Source of the DNA: Euglena gracilis
Lineage: Eukaryota
DNA length: 64,000 nucleotides
Assembly (NCBI GenBank): GCA_039621445.1
Contig: CP154954.1
Span: forward strand, 48,339,847-48,403,846
Reading direction: 5' to 3'
Shown here: piece after piece, positions 24,193-38,700 of the stretch
Layout: each line of letters starts with the position of its first letter
How positions within the stretch are numbered: position 1 is the first letter of the stretch
Translations under genes and position numbers: made by a program
Notes under the pieces: model-generated
The model's input: the letters and a program-made list of their open reading frames with translations, nothing else
Told to the model about the DNA's origin: nothing
The model's database searches: none

Positions 24193-27100
24193 CCATGACT
24201 CTCGGTATGGACGCGAAGGTTGAATCCTTTTGAATCAGACCCAATCTACACACCAGACTGCAATACCCAAAATAACCCTCCCGGCACCTGACAAGAACGT
24301 TCGGTGAGCATCCCGAGAAATTCCTGCGGTGCCAGGTCGGACAGTGGACCCGGGCTGTCCTGGGTTAGAACTGCGACCAGTCCTTGGGCGTGGCAGCTCA
24401 CTGGGGGGCGGCATCCAATCAGTTAGTCCCCACCCCCAACCCAGTCTCTGACGTTGCCCACTGCCATCAAAAAGAAACCAAGCAGAAAACCCTCTTCCAT
24501 TGCTTTTCTCATCTTGAATGTGGGACCGGACTCTTGGGTATGGCAGCAACGCAACACGGCGTTGTAGGCTCGTCATATCGCACGTCTTCGCAATCACACG
24601 CCACATGCCTTCCGGCAACAAAGGTGGAATCTCAACAATAGTCGACGTTGGGTGAATGGACAGGTAGCGCGGAATGGCTGGAGAAAGGCAACAACGTGAC
24701 TTGTGGGTACCAAATGGCTGATGGTGAGTATCAGCATTGGAGGCTTATTCCTTTTTCATATTTTGAGGTAAATTTTTTTAAAATCTTTCCATGAGTTCAG
24801 GGGGTTCCCTGGATGGATGCCTTCGCACAAATGCCTTTGTGGCTACTATTTGTAGCTACTTCGGTGCACAATGGCTGCTTTGCATCGGTGTGGGGCACAG
24901 GGCTGCAAAATCACTCAAGAGTCCAGCCACCGCGTAGCCAGCCAGATTGGCGGAAGCCACCGGCCAAAAGGTGGGACAGAGCAAGGCGGGGGGGGGGGGG
25001 GCGAGGAGGTCAAAAGGGCATCCGGAAACCACAGAGGGCGGGCACACAACCAGGGGGGGCGGTGGGAGTGGGACGCCTCGGCAGGCCGAACTCCACCGCC
25101 CCGGGAGGGGGGGAGAGAGGGGGGGAGGGACGCACGACCGGAGGATGGAGGGCAGGCACGGCAGGCGGGGGGCGTCCTGCAGAGAGAATGGACGCGCCAG
25201 GGGGGGGGCCAAGAGGAGGAGGCCGGGGCACGGGGCGGAGGGCCAGGCCTCCGGTTGCCCACCCACAGGGGGAGAGGGGAATGGCTGCTACCGCTGGCGG
25301 TGCCCGCCCAGAGCACCGGGTGCATGGGTCTCGTGAAGACAACCATTCCCGGGCCTTCGGGCATCAGCGGAAGGGGGGGGGGCAAGACAATATCACTCAA
25401 ACCCTGAAACCCCAACCCGGATGTGTCAATCCCACATGGATGTCCATAGCAGAAACCCCAGGGGGAGGGGCCACCTTTTAAAAAAAAAAAGCCTGCTTCA
25501 GAATTGCCGAATATAGATTCGCTGTCAGCATTTTGCGGGAGCGGTGAAGAGCGGTGCAGATTGGAGGCACAGGGCTTTGGGAGCACCGCTGAAGGGAATC
25601 CGCGTTGCGAGTCAACAGTAGCTGAGATGCCGGACAGCGAGCACCTGTAGTGAACGCACGCGGATTGTCAGGAAATTGATGGCACCCAACTCTGGGGAAA
25701 AGCACTTTGGGATAATTTGGAGCAAAACAAGAATTGAAACCCATCAGGTCCGACTCACCAGCGGTGTGGGTGGGTTTCAAAAAAAAGTGGGAGGCCAGGG
25801 AGGGAAAAGTTTGCCACTGGGGGGTCACTTCCTGAGTTACTGAGTCACGCGCCGGAGTGACGTTGGCGTGACACTTCCTTTCTTTGGAAAGAAAGCGGCC
25901 CATTGCCCGAACCCACCCGGCCGCTTTCAGAAACCCTGGGGTGAGGGACACATAGGTTAAGCATAAATGTGGCCCGCACCAGAGCCCATCAAACGTAGGG
26001 CGTTGGAAAGGCAGGTGGAGGCATACCGGGCTGGTGGTAAACATCGCACTCCGGGGGGAGACCCGGCCCGACCCGCCGTGGCCGGCCGTGCGGAGCTGCA
26101 TGAATGCCTGGGCGGCCGAAGGGCAGTCTCAGCAGGGGCCACCCCCCGTTCTGGCAGCTATGGAGGATGGCTGCAGGGACCACAAACACTGTTCAGCGTC
26201 GTTCTGGCTTCCTTTCCAGAGCCTCATCCCACACACAACACAGTGGTGATAATATGGCACAGCCACCACACATTCACTGAAAAATCCAGAGGAAAAAAAT
26301 GGTCGAAAAAGTGGCCATGTTTTGGCAAAAAAAAAACACAAACACAAAAAAAACAGGTCGATTTTGGAAGCGATTTCTGGCATCCTTGGACCATCGCCCA
26401 TCCACCCAAAACGTGAAGAAAATGGGGTTTCAACTCCTAATTTTTGACCCTGTTTGAGCACTGGCCAACGCCCGTTGGTCGGCCCTTAAGCCTAATGGGG
26501 GAAAAAGAGTACTGTCCTGATCGTTGGGAACACTTTTCTCTGGCATCAAAAATGACCGGGGCTTCTTTGGAACGTTGTGTCCAAAAGAAAAACAAACAAA
26601 CGGGAATGTTCATGCCGTCCCCTCCCATTTTCCTTGGCAGGATCTTGTCTGCCATCGTTCTCCGGGCGTTTAATCTTCCATTCGGAGAAATTGAGAGACC
26701 TGCCGAGAAAACCCCCACAACGTGCGGCGCAAAGCGGTGGCATACGCTCCAGCCATTCGAGGATGGCGAGGAAGGAGGGCCGGTCTCACAGTGCATCGAT
26801 TCAGGGAGACCATGCAGCGCCCAGCCCAGGCCCAGGACATCGCTCAGCAACGGGGGGGGACCCAGCTGGACGAAAACTGGGCTGGCCAGGAAAAGAGCCC
26901 CCCCCCAGGGGGGGGCATTCCAACAAAGCACTCCTGGCGGCCTCAACCCCGTTCCAGGGAAAGCGACGCCCTGGCCCGGCTAGCGGACGGTGGGCCGCGG
27001 TCAAATTCCTGAGGGGCAGCCGAGGGGTGCAGAAGGTGGAAAGGGGCCCGGGTTCGATGCAACGGATGTGATGGAGGGGGGTCAGGCCCCTTTCTGGTCG

Positions 27101-27571
27101 GGGGGGGGGGTTCCCATTGCGATCCCCGGGATAGCTATTCCGATGTGCCGGCCGGAAATAGTGCCCACGGGTGTGAAAAACATGCGGATATCAAAAAAAC
27201 TAGCCAGATATCGACAGTATTGGAGGGGTGGAAGACGGCCCCAAATGTCAGTACAGCCTGGTCCCCTTAGGGGGGCACCCACACCGAAACAGTGCGCGGT
27301 CCAGGTGACTGACGGTTGGCCAAATGGTGAAGCGCCGGGCCCAAAACTTTGCCTCTCAAAATCGGCCGAACTGTTCCATTTTTGGGTAATTTTTGGGCAA
27401 GGAACTGGCAAAAAGTGCAGTGAACAATATGGTGGAAGACTCTGGAAGGAAAATTTTGACCTTTGAGGGTAGGGGGCGCCAGATACCCTGGGGTTGGACT
27501 AAACCCCGTTGGCAGGTGAGGGGTCCGGACCTCCGGGGGCCAAAGACCAAACCGCGAGCCCATGAAGAAAC

Positions 27572-27866
27572 CATGCTTGTGCTTACCGACCGGGGGGGGT
27601 GCTATAGGGTGCCTGCCCCTAGCAGGCACACCCCCCCCCGGGGGATAGGGGTCCGGGCCGGACCCAGAAATTTTCATTGAAAATGGCCTTTTCCGGGCCC
27701 CCGGCGCCTTCAGCACCGGGGTCGGAGGGGGGTGCCTGCTAGGGGCAGGCACCCCCCAAAACCCTACCCCCCCCGGGGGGGGGGGTCGGATCGGGTGCTA
27801 TGGGGTGCCTGCCCCTAGCACCCACCCCCCCCCCGTGGGGTAGGCACCCGACTAAGCGCAAGCCTG
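27572..27866. mobile_element. 295-bp hAT-like MITE, same family as the intron-forming element at 1353
   Basis: TIRs CATGCTTGTGCTTA / TAAGCGCAAGCCTG; perfect 8-bp TSD GAAGAAAC; shares GTGCCTGCCC and GGCACCCGA motifs with 1353-1475; a related copy starts at 38585. Confidence 0.88.
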
Positions 27867-29230
27867 GAAGAAACAAGAAGAAATAATAATATCAAAAAGG
27901 GCTAAAAATGTTGCCCAGAGCGCGTTCGGAAGCCCCATTATTAGGAAAGAAAATGACACGAACAATGACATCTGTGCAAGGTGACAGACATTTTTTTTGC
28001 TGCCAGCCCCAGCATGCGTGGGGGAGGTGGAGGAAGAGACCTGAAACTGGGTGTCCACCCGGACCCTTTGCCGACCACTGGCTTGACTGGGTGACACACA
28101 GAACTGGGAGAGGAAAGCAATGGAGAATGACAAGAAGGGGGGAAAATCCAACAGAAGAAACAGACCTGTACGTTGGAAAGGCTTGCAATATGTCGAACAC
28201 CCTGCTGGTGGTTGATGCCAGGCATCAAAACGTTTTTTATTATTATTCCAAATCATACACCAATTCCCTTCTTGCAAAAGCTATCTGCCCTCAAAGCTAT
28301 CTGCTATCTGGCTACCGTGCGGGAGGGCACGGAGCCCCACAGGGTTGTGGCTGGGGGTCGGGGAGGGGGGGGGGCAGGCAGCACACCGGCGACTCCCGCC
28401 GGGCGGAAGCCGGGGTGCTGGGGTCGGAGTGGATGGCGCTTTGCTGGTGGGCGAGCTGCGCCGGGCAGGGGCAGGGCAAGGAGAGGGGTCTCTGGGACAA
28501 GCCAGTGAACCGGGGGCGTCGGGAGAGTGGCAACAAGGCGATTTCCCCGCCCGGCAAAAGGAGAGCAAGGCGGATGTCTGCAAAGCCAAGCAACCCCAGA
28601 GGCAAAATAGTGCGAGAGCTGTCTCTTAAAAAGATCGCGCACCACTGCAAAAACATGTGGATAGGAGTGACAAAATTGAGGCGAGCGAATCTGACACACT
28701 GACGAAGCAAACCACTGCTCCCAACTCCGAAAAGATTCTTGTTTTCGTAACGTGAAATCATTAATGTTGGAGGCATGCAATCAAACAATCATATCCAAAA
28801 AACCACATCTCACACAAGTGCATCTGCACAGCAGTGGGATAAAATCACACAACAAGTGCATCAATCAATCTACAACGCACCTGCACCTACGGATACAGTG
28901 TTTTGTATGTACCTGTTTGTGAACAAACACAAACAGGTAGGAACCGTCACGAATAGGCATACAACACCCACAAGACACCACACACTTGATGAGATGCATG
29001 GGCGAAATATTGAGAGCCATTGCTGGCGGAGTCGCATCGCACATGCTGCCGGCCATCGAAATGGACGTTGGAGTACAGCCCGAAACACTGGAGCAGCAGC
29101 CAGGTCACGAGGGGACAAACAGCACCAAATGGAGTCTCCAAAATCCAAGCAACAGAGTTATGTTTCCTCTGGGGAATGAGGCAAGTGCCATTGTTCTGAA
29201 ACCAGGTGTTGTCGGTATTAGGTGCCACAT

Positions 29231-29746
29231 TCACATGCCATCAATCACCTGCAGATACACTTTGACTTCATTGTAAGACGTCACCCTGTGGAATAACAAA
29301 TTTTGTGACACACCTCATGGCAGGGATTGTATGAAAAACTAAACCCCGACTGCCTTTTGCAGGCACATTCCTAATTGGCTGTGTGTTTGAGTATGTTACA
29401 TACCCCTTTTTCCCCTACTAAAATGATGTTGGGGAGTGGGAGCGACTGGTGACGCCTCTCCTGAGCACGTCAGTCAGGGGTCAGGGGGTGCTGTATCAGC
29501 AATGGGGAGGGGGGGGGGGGGGGGGGAAGCTCACAGAACCTGGCAGTCAATATCACAACCCCCATTAAGTGACACGTGGGGGTAGCCTGAAGAGAGGCAA
29601 GGCTCATGAAAATACGGACGCGCGCATGAACGTGCGCATGACATGAGCACCACAGGTGCAAAGGCGCGCGCACCGGTTCAAACGTTCAGATGTGCATGGG
29701 TGAGTAGTGGCACTTGCGCACACAGAACACAGATCACACATATCCT

Positions 29747-29787
<41 letters not shown>

Positions 29788-32700
29788 CCGCAATGCATAA
29801 CACACACACACACACACACACCGCAGTCTCCTCAAAGCCATAGCCAGGAAATCTACGGCTGAACTTGGAGGGACTTCCTTGGTTTCCACTTGGGGAAGGC
29901 GGCCTTTGGGAGATAACACAACAAATGGATTGCACAGGTGCTTTAAACTTTACTAGATCCATGGTAGGGTGTGCACAGGTATGCGCGTATGCGTCAGCCT
30001 CGTTTGCATAATTCCACTAATCAAACAAAAAAAATTGCAATCATTTGGATGATGCATGATTAATTGCATCCACGTGATGATGGGTTATGGGTGATGCTGA
30101 AGGTGAAAGGGTCAGGGTTGACGGTTGGGCATGCACACACGCACGGTCACACACAGACAAACAGGGGTCCTTGCTGCCAAAAAAAAACCTGTTCCATGAG
30201 AAAATTATCAGGGGGAAAAATGGTTAAAAAAAACTCGAAATTTTTGTGGTTAAAACAGGTCCAAAAATCTGGTGTCAGGGGTCATCAGACCTTCGCCCAT
30301 CCGCCTGAAACATCAAAATGTGTTTTCTAGTCATTCAATGTTTGTCCATGTTTGAGCTCTGGACCGGACCACCCTTGGGCCTAAGGGTGGTGGGCGGTCC
30401 TTGAACAAAACAAATGCTGTCCCTTGCCAATAAGTATCCCCAGTGGGTCTTTGCCGTTGCAGCCCATCCCCCCCCCCCCCGCACACCCGGAGGACACTTC
30501 AGACTCCGCGTCCACGAACCGCAAGTGCTTGGCGGGCATGCCCCGAGCCAGAGGGCCCTTCGGCGTGACGCAGGGGAGCCGGAATGCGGAGCCCCGCCGC
30601 TCCTCGATGAGGCTGCCGACGTCCCCGAACAGCGGGCCGCTGCCCCCTCATCGGGTTCGGCGCTGGCATGGCCATCGGGGTTTCATTGGCGTCCTCAATT
30701 CAGAAAAACGAAAACGCGACAAACATAAAATCGTAACAAGGAAATAGGCAGCTGGGGGGCAAAGAAGCAACTCTCGGATTTGTGGTGGTGATGAATGCAT
30801 TGGCGTTGGGGGAACCCACCCAAAAATGGAGAACAAAAAATGAAAAGTGCTGTCCGCAGAAAAATAATAACAACACAAAAACAACATCTGAGCCCTTTTA
30901 GATGATACATATTCAGGTGTTAAGTTTTCCTTATTTGCTCCTGGCCGTTGCTCTTGTAGACATACTCTCGCCAAGCCCACCTGTGAGGATTCCTAAATGG
31001 CGGGGTAGAACGGAGCAGCAATCATATCCTTCCTTTGCAGCACTACAGAGCGATAATATATATGACATATTTAGAGAGGTTAGGCCACTTTCAATGAATC
31101 GGTCTTTGGCGGATGGTGATTGAAAAACAGGCTGTCGGAAAGAGAGAAAGAAAAATACAGCACTTGCAGCTGCGGATGGAGCAGATGAGCTTCTGCGAAA
31201 GAAATCTAATTCGCACCACTTGCATTTGTATTGTTGATATTATTTGACGACCACTTCTGCTGTGGCATCATTCGTTTGGCAAACGTCTTTGAGCGTTATT
31301 AATTCTGATGTTGTTTGTCGGAGAAACATGACATAAATTCTGTGCAGCTTCGAAAGGCATTTGGAATGAGAGGGCAGCAGTAGTTCAAACGTCTTGCGGT
31401 CCAACTTGGCAACGTGCATCTGTTGAGAGGGGCGGCGGTGGCAACGGTGCTTTTAATCTAAAAGCGTTGCGGCCATACCATTGCTCTGCGACCCCCGGGG
31501 GGGAGGGGAGGGTCACTTTCCACTCTGAAAAAACCAGTCAGTCACTTTACCCCCTGGGGGGGATCGGCCACTCTTGAATGATGAGGAGGAGGCAATGAAA
31601 ATTTACCAAAAAGTCTCAAAAATCAAAAAAAATCGGGCGCCTTCGGCGCCAGGCAAGCCACTTTTTCATTTTCGGGCCCACCCCCCAGGGGGGGGGTTCT
31701 TGGCCAGAAAACCAGTCAGTCACTCTGAAAAAACCAGTCAGTAACCCCCCCGGGGGTGGGGTGGGATAGGTGTTAAGCAATGGTATGGTTGTGGCACATG
31801 ACCACGCCATTTCATGATGGTCGCATTCTTTGCTGCTGCCTGGTTTAAACTTTTGACTTTTGAGTACACCAATCAATCGAAATCGAAGCCAGGATTGGGC
31901 AATAATCTGCGATACCTGCCGATGTGTGAGCCCCCCCTGAGCAGCACTAAGGCTTCTTTTCTGTTTATGGCCTGCGCTGACTTCGCCTCTGGCCCAGTTT
32001 GCTGTGTAGTGAGTGGCCACATACCCCTTACACCAGTGCTCTTGTGTTGCTCCGCCTGGCCGGATGAGCAAGTCTGGTGTATTTCCAGTGTGTGTGTGAG
32101 CCCCCCCCCCCCCCGGAACAGTCATCTGACAGGTTGGCGAATAACGGCGGCCTTGACAACTTTCCATCATGACAGGTTGGCAGTTACTGGGGACCCTGAC
32201 AATTTCCAGGGAGGTTCTCCTTTTGGCTTTTGGGAGGGGACAAAAATTTTGCGGTGCCCCCTACTGACTTTCATAGATTTGGATATAATCAAATACCAAT
32301 AATATATCAATTTATTTGTCAACCCCCGAAATTTTCCCGCAATGCGCAATTATTACCCAAATTGGATCACTTCTCATAAAAACTGACAGGTTCAACCTTT
32401 CAAGCCAATTACATTCGACCTGACAGGCTTGGGGACACCAGGAACATGACAACTTCCAATCATAACTTGTTGGCTGGTTCCGGGGACCTTGAAATTTCCT
32501 GGGTGGAACCCTGACAGGTTCGTACAGTCATGACAGTTTCAGGGGGCGGGGGGGGGGGACATTTATAATAGACCTCTCCATGCCTGGCACCAAAGATAAT
32601 GCTTCTGCGTGTGGAGATGACAATTTCATGCAGATCAATTAAAGCCCTTTACAAGAGCACCTGCGTGGATTTTCTCATCGAGTTTATTGATTGCATGAAC

Positions 32701-35700
32701 GAACCCTGGAAAAACTTGTTAAAATACACCAAAGATGCACAGATGCCACAGCACTTTGTGGACACCCCCAATTCTTTTCAGCCTCACTGCTAATTTGAAA
32801 CGATGGCAGATGTGTATCACCCTGTATCACCCTGCCATCATACGAATTCGTCACCTGTTGAGTCTGTGGCTTCGATTCACTTTTCCGAAATACGTACATA
32901 TATGAGCATGATTTATACCTTGCACACATCTTTTGCAGGCATACTGGGGTGACAGCCTTGCAGTCATAGAGGGGTGATTGGCCTGTCAGAAATTCGTTCT
33001 CCCCGATCAGTGTCAGGCGCCCAAGTTTGCGGATCTGCCAGAGAAATGGGGTAGAATGGAACTTGGCCAAACACATAGTCCATTAGAGAAGGAAAAGGCG
33101 AGGCAAATCGCACGACATAACAGAGCGAGTCAAAACAGCGGCACATAAAGATATGAATGTTAACAAATGGAAAAACCACAGCATGAAACCATTCCCACCG
33201 ATTTGGTGGAGCTGAATCGATGTTGGAATCAGAAATTATCCAAAAGTTTCGATACTTTCTCTAAACTTTGTATAATGTTAATAATTCGGTGACAAATCAA
33301 AACAGTTTACAGGAGAGAGCATAGAAAATACCGCAAAAAATATGCATTCACGCTGATACCAGAACCGACCCTATGACGCCTGACAGGGTGGGCACTGGCA
33401 AACCCAATTGCAACGTAACAGACAGAGCACACTGGAACGCTCGCATCCACTTCATCCGTGTGCTTGCGGACTGTGGCAAAGCCTTGGAGGACCAGATAGG
33501 CAGCACAGCAAGGCTACGGGAGTGGGGGAGGTTGCGGTCGGGGCACGGTCCATAGGAGGAGGGCCTCCACCCTCCTCAAAAGTCGGTTGACACCCTCGTG
33601 CACTGTTGTTCGAGGTATGCGGGTGCCCTACATGTGCAACTCCTGTTTGTTGCCGATGCTCATCCGCACGCAACTGTTCAGAGGGCCCTAAAATAACGAA
33701 ATCCCATGTGTTGCGTATGTCCTGTGTGTGATACCTGAATGCATGTGCGCAGGAGGAGGTTCGAGACCCTCCTCGGATGTCGTTTGAGTCCGTTTGAGGA
33801 GGGTCGAGACCCTCCGCAAATGTCGTTCAAAATCGTTCTAAGCCCCCGCTTTAAGCTCAAACGTTCGAGCTTGAACCTTCCCCCCCCCGTGAGATTGGAG
33901 AGGCACAATCATGCGGCTGCATAGACCCCCTCTCACAAAAAAACCCCCAGGTTATAATTTGATGTCAGGGTCCATGGAGGTATTTAGGAGGGTCATTAGT
34001 TGGGCAAATCTTTCGAAATCTAAAATCAATCCTAACGCGCCTCGCAAGGCTTTAAAACTCCCTATGAGGCATTTTAGGGCTCATTGCACAATGGACGCCT
34101 TATTTACATACTTCTTGAACCGATTTCATCCGTTTTGTGATTTTTGCAACATTTCTGCTGATTTTTCCTCTTTTTTTTTCTTTCTGCACAATTGAGGACC
34201 TTTCTTCGTTGGGTCCAAATTTTGACCCTTAATTCTGTCACACAACTGTTTCTAGATGATACAAACACACACCACTGCCACCTCCCCACAACTTCATAAA
34301 TGTCAGCCTTGACACCCTCCAGACCACGAGGTGCAACTTGTGATGGGCTAATTTTTTTTCAGTTTCGGGAAGAGGGTGTGTGATGGGGGTTCCATTATGG
34401 GGGGAGACCAATATATATTGTCTTTGGCCACGAATGCTCAACTTTCGCAACGCCCACTCAAGAATTCGAAAAATTTGTGAAGCGATGTATTTTTGATTTG
34501 GCAACTCAGGCATCAACAATGTGACAACCTCCCAGGGTGGGAAGGTGACAACCTCACGAGGGTGATATTCCCTTAGCGACCGCCACGGGGGGGGGGGGGG
34601 GGACCAGCTCAGAGGCTGGAAAATTTGAGACGGCTGAGAAAAAGGCTGCTCTGACCCCACTCTTCCCCATCGGAGTCCGCCAGCTGGAACTGGGCCTGAC
34701 CCCAGTCGAACCGGGTATAATAAAAAAATCGAAACGCCAAAAATACCCAAGAAGCTGCCAAATATGCGAAAAATCGATCTTTTGACCCCTTATTTGCCCT
34801 GGCCAGCCCAAATCCGACCCTTTTTTCGCACACATTTTTCGCCCATTTTTGCGCACACAAAAGCCAAAAATCTGTCATTTTCCAGACGCCCTTCCGGCGG
34901 CTGGGAAATAACTTGTCGATGCAATGGGGGGGAGGGGGGCCGGGGTTGGAAAACGGCTGGAAAAAGTCTACTGGCTGGCTGGAGGCCCCCTTGGTTGTGC
35001 TGAGGCAGGAGGTCCCCCCCCAACCGGGGAGGGATGGGTCCACTTCAGCCTAAACAACGCCTTGGCAGGCAGCAACACCTATCACTCAGACCAGTCATCC
35101 AGGAGGAAAACGTGTGTAATTGCCCGGAGAGCAGGTGACCGGCACCTGCCCGGCCCGCAGCAGGTGATCCTCCGGCTGCAGTCGGACCCGGTCGGGGAGC
35201 AGGGCCCTGCGCCTGCCAGGCGGCACACAGCAGGAAAGGACAGGCCGGGGGCAGGTGGCATTTGCCGCAGCGAGGGGCCCTGGGGGAAGGCCTCCACGAG
35301 GTAGTGCAGCTCCTGCAACGACAGCACCTGTGAGGGGGGTTGTGTTTATCGCGTGGGGTGCCAACCTGGGCTGAAATAGGGGCACAATGGGACGGAACTG
35401 GTCTTAAAATCATTTCTTTGCTACCCGCCCCCCCCCCCTGGGCAATTGTCGCGCGACAAATTGGGCAGCACGGAGGGGGGTGACAATTGCCCGGGGGCAT
35501 CAATTGCCCTGGGGCGTCAATTGCCCACCCAGTAGGCCACATGAAAAACCAAATGACCAAAAACGCCATCTAAAACACAAATGAATGCGCAAAAATGCAG
35601 CTATGGTTGTGATATTGTGCAGAGCATTTGGTATGTGAAAGTTCTCAGCACGTTGTAGCAAAATAGAAGATCAATCGAGTCGTGTCAGCGAAAAGAAAGT

Positions 35701-38700
35701 TCACAGACATCTTTTGTGGGGGGGGGGACAAATTGGGCAGCACAGAGGGGGGTGACAATTTCCCGGGGTGACAAATTGGCCGGCACAGCCAATGGTGACA
35801 ATTGCCCATAAACTTTTTTTTTAAACTTCAAGGAATCTGTGCGGAAATTTGTGCATAAATCGATTCTGAGACACGAGGTTTGATTTGAAAGGGTTCAAAA
35901 TTTGTCTCTGACTTCGTTTACCAGGGGGGCAGTTGTCAGCCCTGTGCTGCCCCACTTTGTTGCCTCCCAAAATTACCCCTTTCCTTCTGCTGACCCGTTT
36001 GTTGGGCAACGGTTGCACTGCGCTTGGGGGAGGGCAGGTACGTTGCCTGTGGGGAACAGCTGGAAACCCCTTCCCCGCCTGCCGTCTCAGCTCAGGGACC
36101 CTCAGGGAGGTGGGGTTCGAGTTTGAGCAACGTATGCACACAAAACGGCAGGGCGGAAGAACGCTGGCGGGCGCGGCGCACGTGGGCGAAGCTGGACTGC
36201 GCCAGGCAGCGCACGAACGTCTGGATGCGCTGCTTCCCGAGGAACGCCAGCAGGCGGCGGTACACCTTGCGCTTCATCCCATACGTGCGCACCGCTGCGG
36301 GAGGAGGGCAATTTTTTTTAAAAAAAGAAAAAAAGAAACGAAATTGGAGGTGGGATTTGCAGGGCTGCCTGCAACCACAGTTTTCCAGAAAACGCGCAGG
36401 CGCAGCTGTGGACCCTTGCAGTTTGGGGGCTGCGTACTGTATCCCACCACTGCCAGTGTTGACCGTCAAAAGCGACCAGCACGAGGGCACACCAGTCTTG
36501 GCTTGGACGGTGGAGAGGGCGCTGGTGCAGTTCTTCATTGCGCGGCTTCCCAGCGTGTTGCCGGGTCCAGGCGGTGCACGTCTGCAGCCACGTGCATTCT
36601 TTTTTCCCTTGGCAGCTCATGACGGTTTTTTTTTGACCCAGCCCAGCGGTCAAATGCCCAAATGGGGGGCAACCCGTCTGTTCGGGAGGGGGGGTTGTTA
36701 ACGGTGAAAGGAGGCCTTGCCACCCGGGAATTGTCAAACTGATTCCGGTCGAATTGCCAGCGTCCCCAGCCCACCGTCGGGTGCGACTCCGGCCGCCGGC
36801 CACTCCGCCATTCCGGGGAAGCCGGCCACGGCACATCGCCTGGCCGGGGCCGAGCACCCGGACGAAGGTGCCGTTCACGTGGGACTCCGTGCCCGGCCCC
36901 GCCTTGCGACCCAGCCCCGAAAGGCAACACAGCCTCTGCCCCCCCACCCCCCCCCGGCGAGGGGACGGCTCGGCTGGAAGGCAAGGCCGGCGCGCACTGC
37001 CCCTCCATGATGACGTAGAACCACGTGGTGGCGACCGGGGCCGCCCCTGCCGGGGGGGGGGGGGGCTTGTGCTTCGGGGGGCCGGCCCATAACAGGTGCC
37101 CCCCCAAGGGGGTCGGTTTGGATGTGGGGTGGGATGCTTCGGCGTGCCCAGGCTTCTTTTCATGACCTCCAGGGACGCCCGAAGAGGAATCCCCAGGAAA
37201 GGCTCAACGGAGAGAACGCCATTAAAACAACCCTTCAAGCCCCCGTTCTTCATGATGGTCAAACTTGTCTTGCAAATTGCGGGTGTGTGCCGAGGTTTTT
37301 TTGCCTTGTGTGCCTCACAGGTCAAAACCTCAGCACTACATCACCAGCAGTCAACAATTGGCAAAGAAAAATGAACGGGTCCGGCAACGTTTTTTCTTTG
37401 AGTGGCCTCAAAGTCCCTCAACGCTGATTCCTCTGCGTAATTTACGTGACCGACAATGTTGTTGACATTTTTTTGTCGGAAATATCCAAAATATTGGAAA
37501 TATTGGTAGTTTGACTCATGTCGGGGGTCGGATTTTTGACCAGCAATTCATCACCTATATCATCCCCCCCCCCCCCCCCCGTCAACCCACCCCCTTCGGC
37601 CGACCAGCCAAACTGATCCTGCTTTGCCACCAGGGGTCGCAAGATTCACAAGTGGATGGGGGGGAGTATGAACCCAGAGGCCCTATTTCCTGGGAGCCTC
37701 AGGAGTTGGCCTAAACCTCCAAAAACAGTAAAACAAAATCATAAACATTTCTGGCGAAAATTCATCTGAAACGAATGAAAGGGCGTTTTTAAATTAAAAA
37801 AAAAAAAGAAAAGGCGCTGGTAAATTATTGCCCTGGCGAAATTTGGTGCAAATTTTGCCAAGGAAATGCGTTTTCTCAACCACTTTGGAAGGGTCAAATT
37901 TGCAGGAACTGATACCCCCCCCCCCCCGGAGACTGGGGTCAAGCATGCCTGAAAATTCAGCCTTGGTTCCAACCCAGCCAAATTTCCCTTTAAACAAAAT
38001 TTTTTCTGCCACCCGGCAGGGGAGGGTCGAAAAGGTCTTGCTGCCTGACCCTACCCCTTCCCTGCCTCGCGGTGGTGCGACACCTCTCAGAAAGGTAAGC
38101 TGGAACCCCCACCAGGCTTTTGCTTAAGGACCCCCGGGGGGGGGGGGGGTACTGGCTAGCCAATCGGCTAGACACTGGAAAAAGTGGACTAGCTAGACCC
38201 CCCCCCCTCCCCCCCCCGGGGGGGGGGTCTGGGGGGGTCCCCGGACTGGGAAAAAAATTTTCCTCCGGCGCTGCGCGCCGGAGGAAAAATGAGGTTTTTA
38301 ATAGGTTTTTGGCTGATTTTGTTCCAAAAATTTCCAAAATGGCCAAAAAAACCGGGCATTTTTGGCCCATTTTTTGGGGTCCCAAAAAAAATTTTCGGCG
38401 CTTCGCGCCGGTCACTGGAAAAATTTTTTCCACTAGCTAGCCCTGCTAGCAGACCCCCCCCCCGGGGGGGGGGGCTGCTAGAAAACCCACTAGCCAAATT
38501 TGGACTAGCTGCAGTCCAGCCCCCCCCCCCCGGGGGGGGTACTGCAATCCCTTAAGCAAATGCCTGACCCCCACGTATGGGAACCAGACTTCTTTTCACC
38601 AACCCCGGGGGGAGGGAGGTGCCTTGTGCCAGGGGTGCCTGCCCACAGTGGGCACCCCCCGGGGGTCGGTATTGGGTCCCGGTGCCCGCCGACGAAGCGA

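Noticed and set aside
38124-38555. TTAA-flanked (piggyBac/Kolobok-like) reading of this element
   Set aside because: The inverted repeat continues beyond TTAA to CAG/CTG and is flanked by a perfect 8-bp TSD.
38570-38579. Possible 10-nt micro-exon between two adjacent MITEs (38113-38566 and 38585 onward) giving an in-frame peptide
   Set aside because: The cNMP domain reads continuously from exon 39146-39035 (...IFEEG) to exon 37046 (AAPVATTWFYVI) via GT-AG, so this region is intronic.
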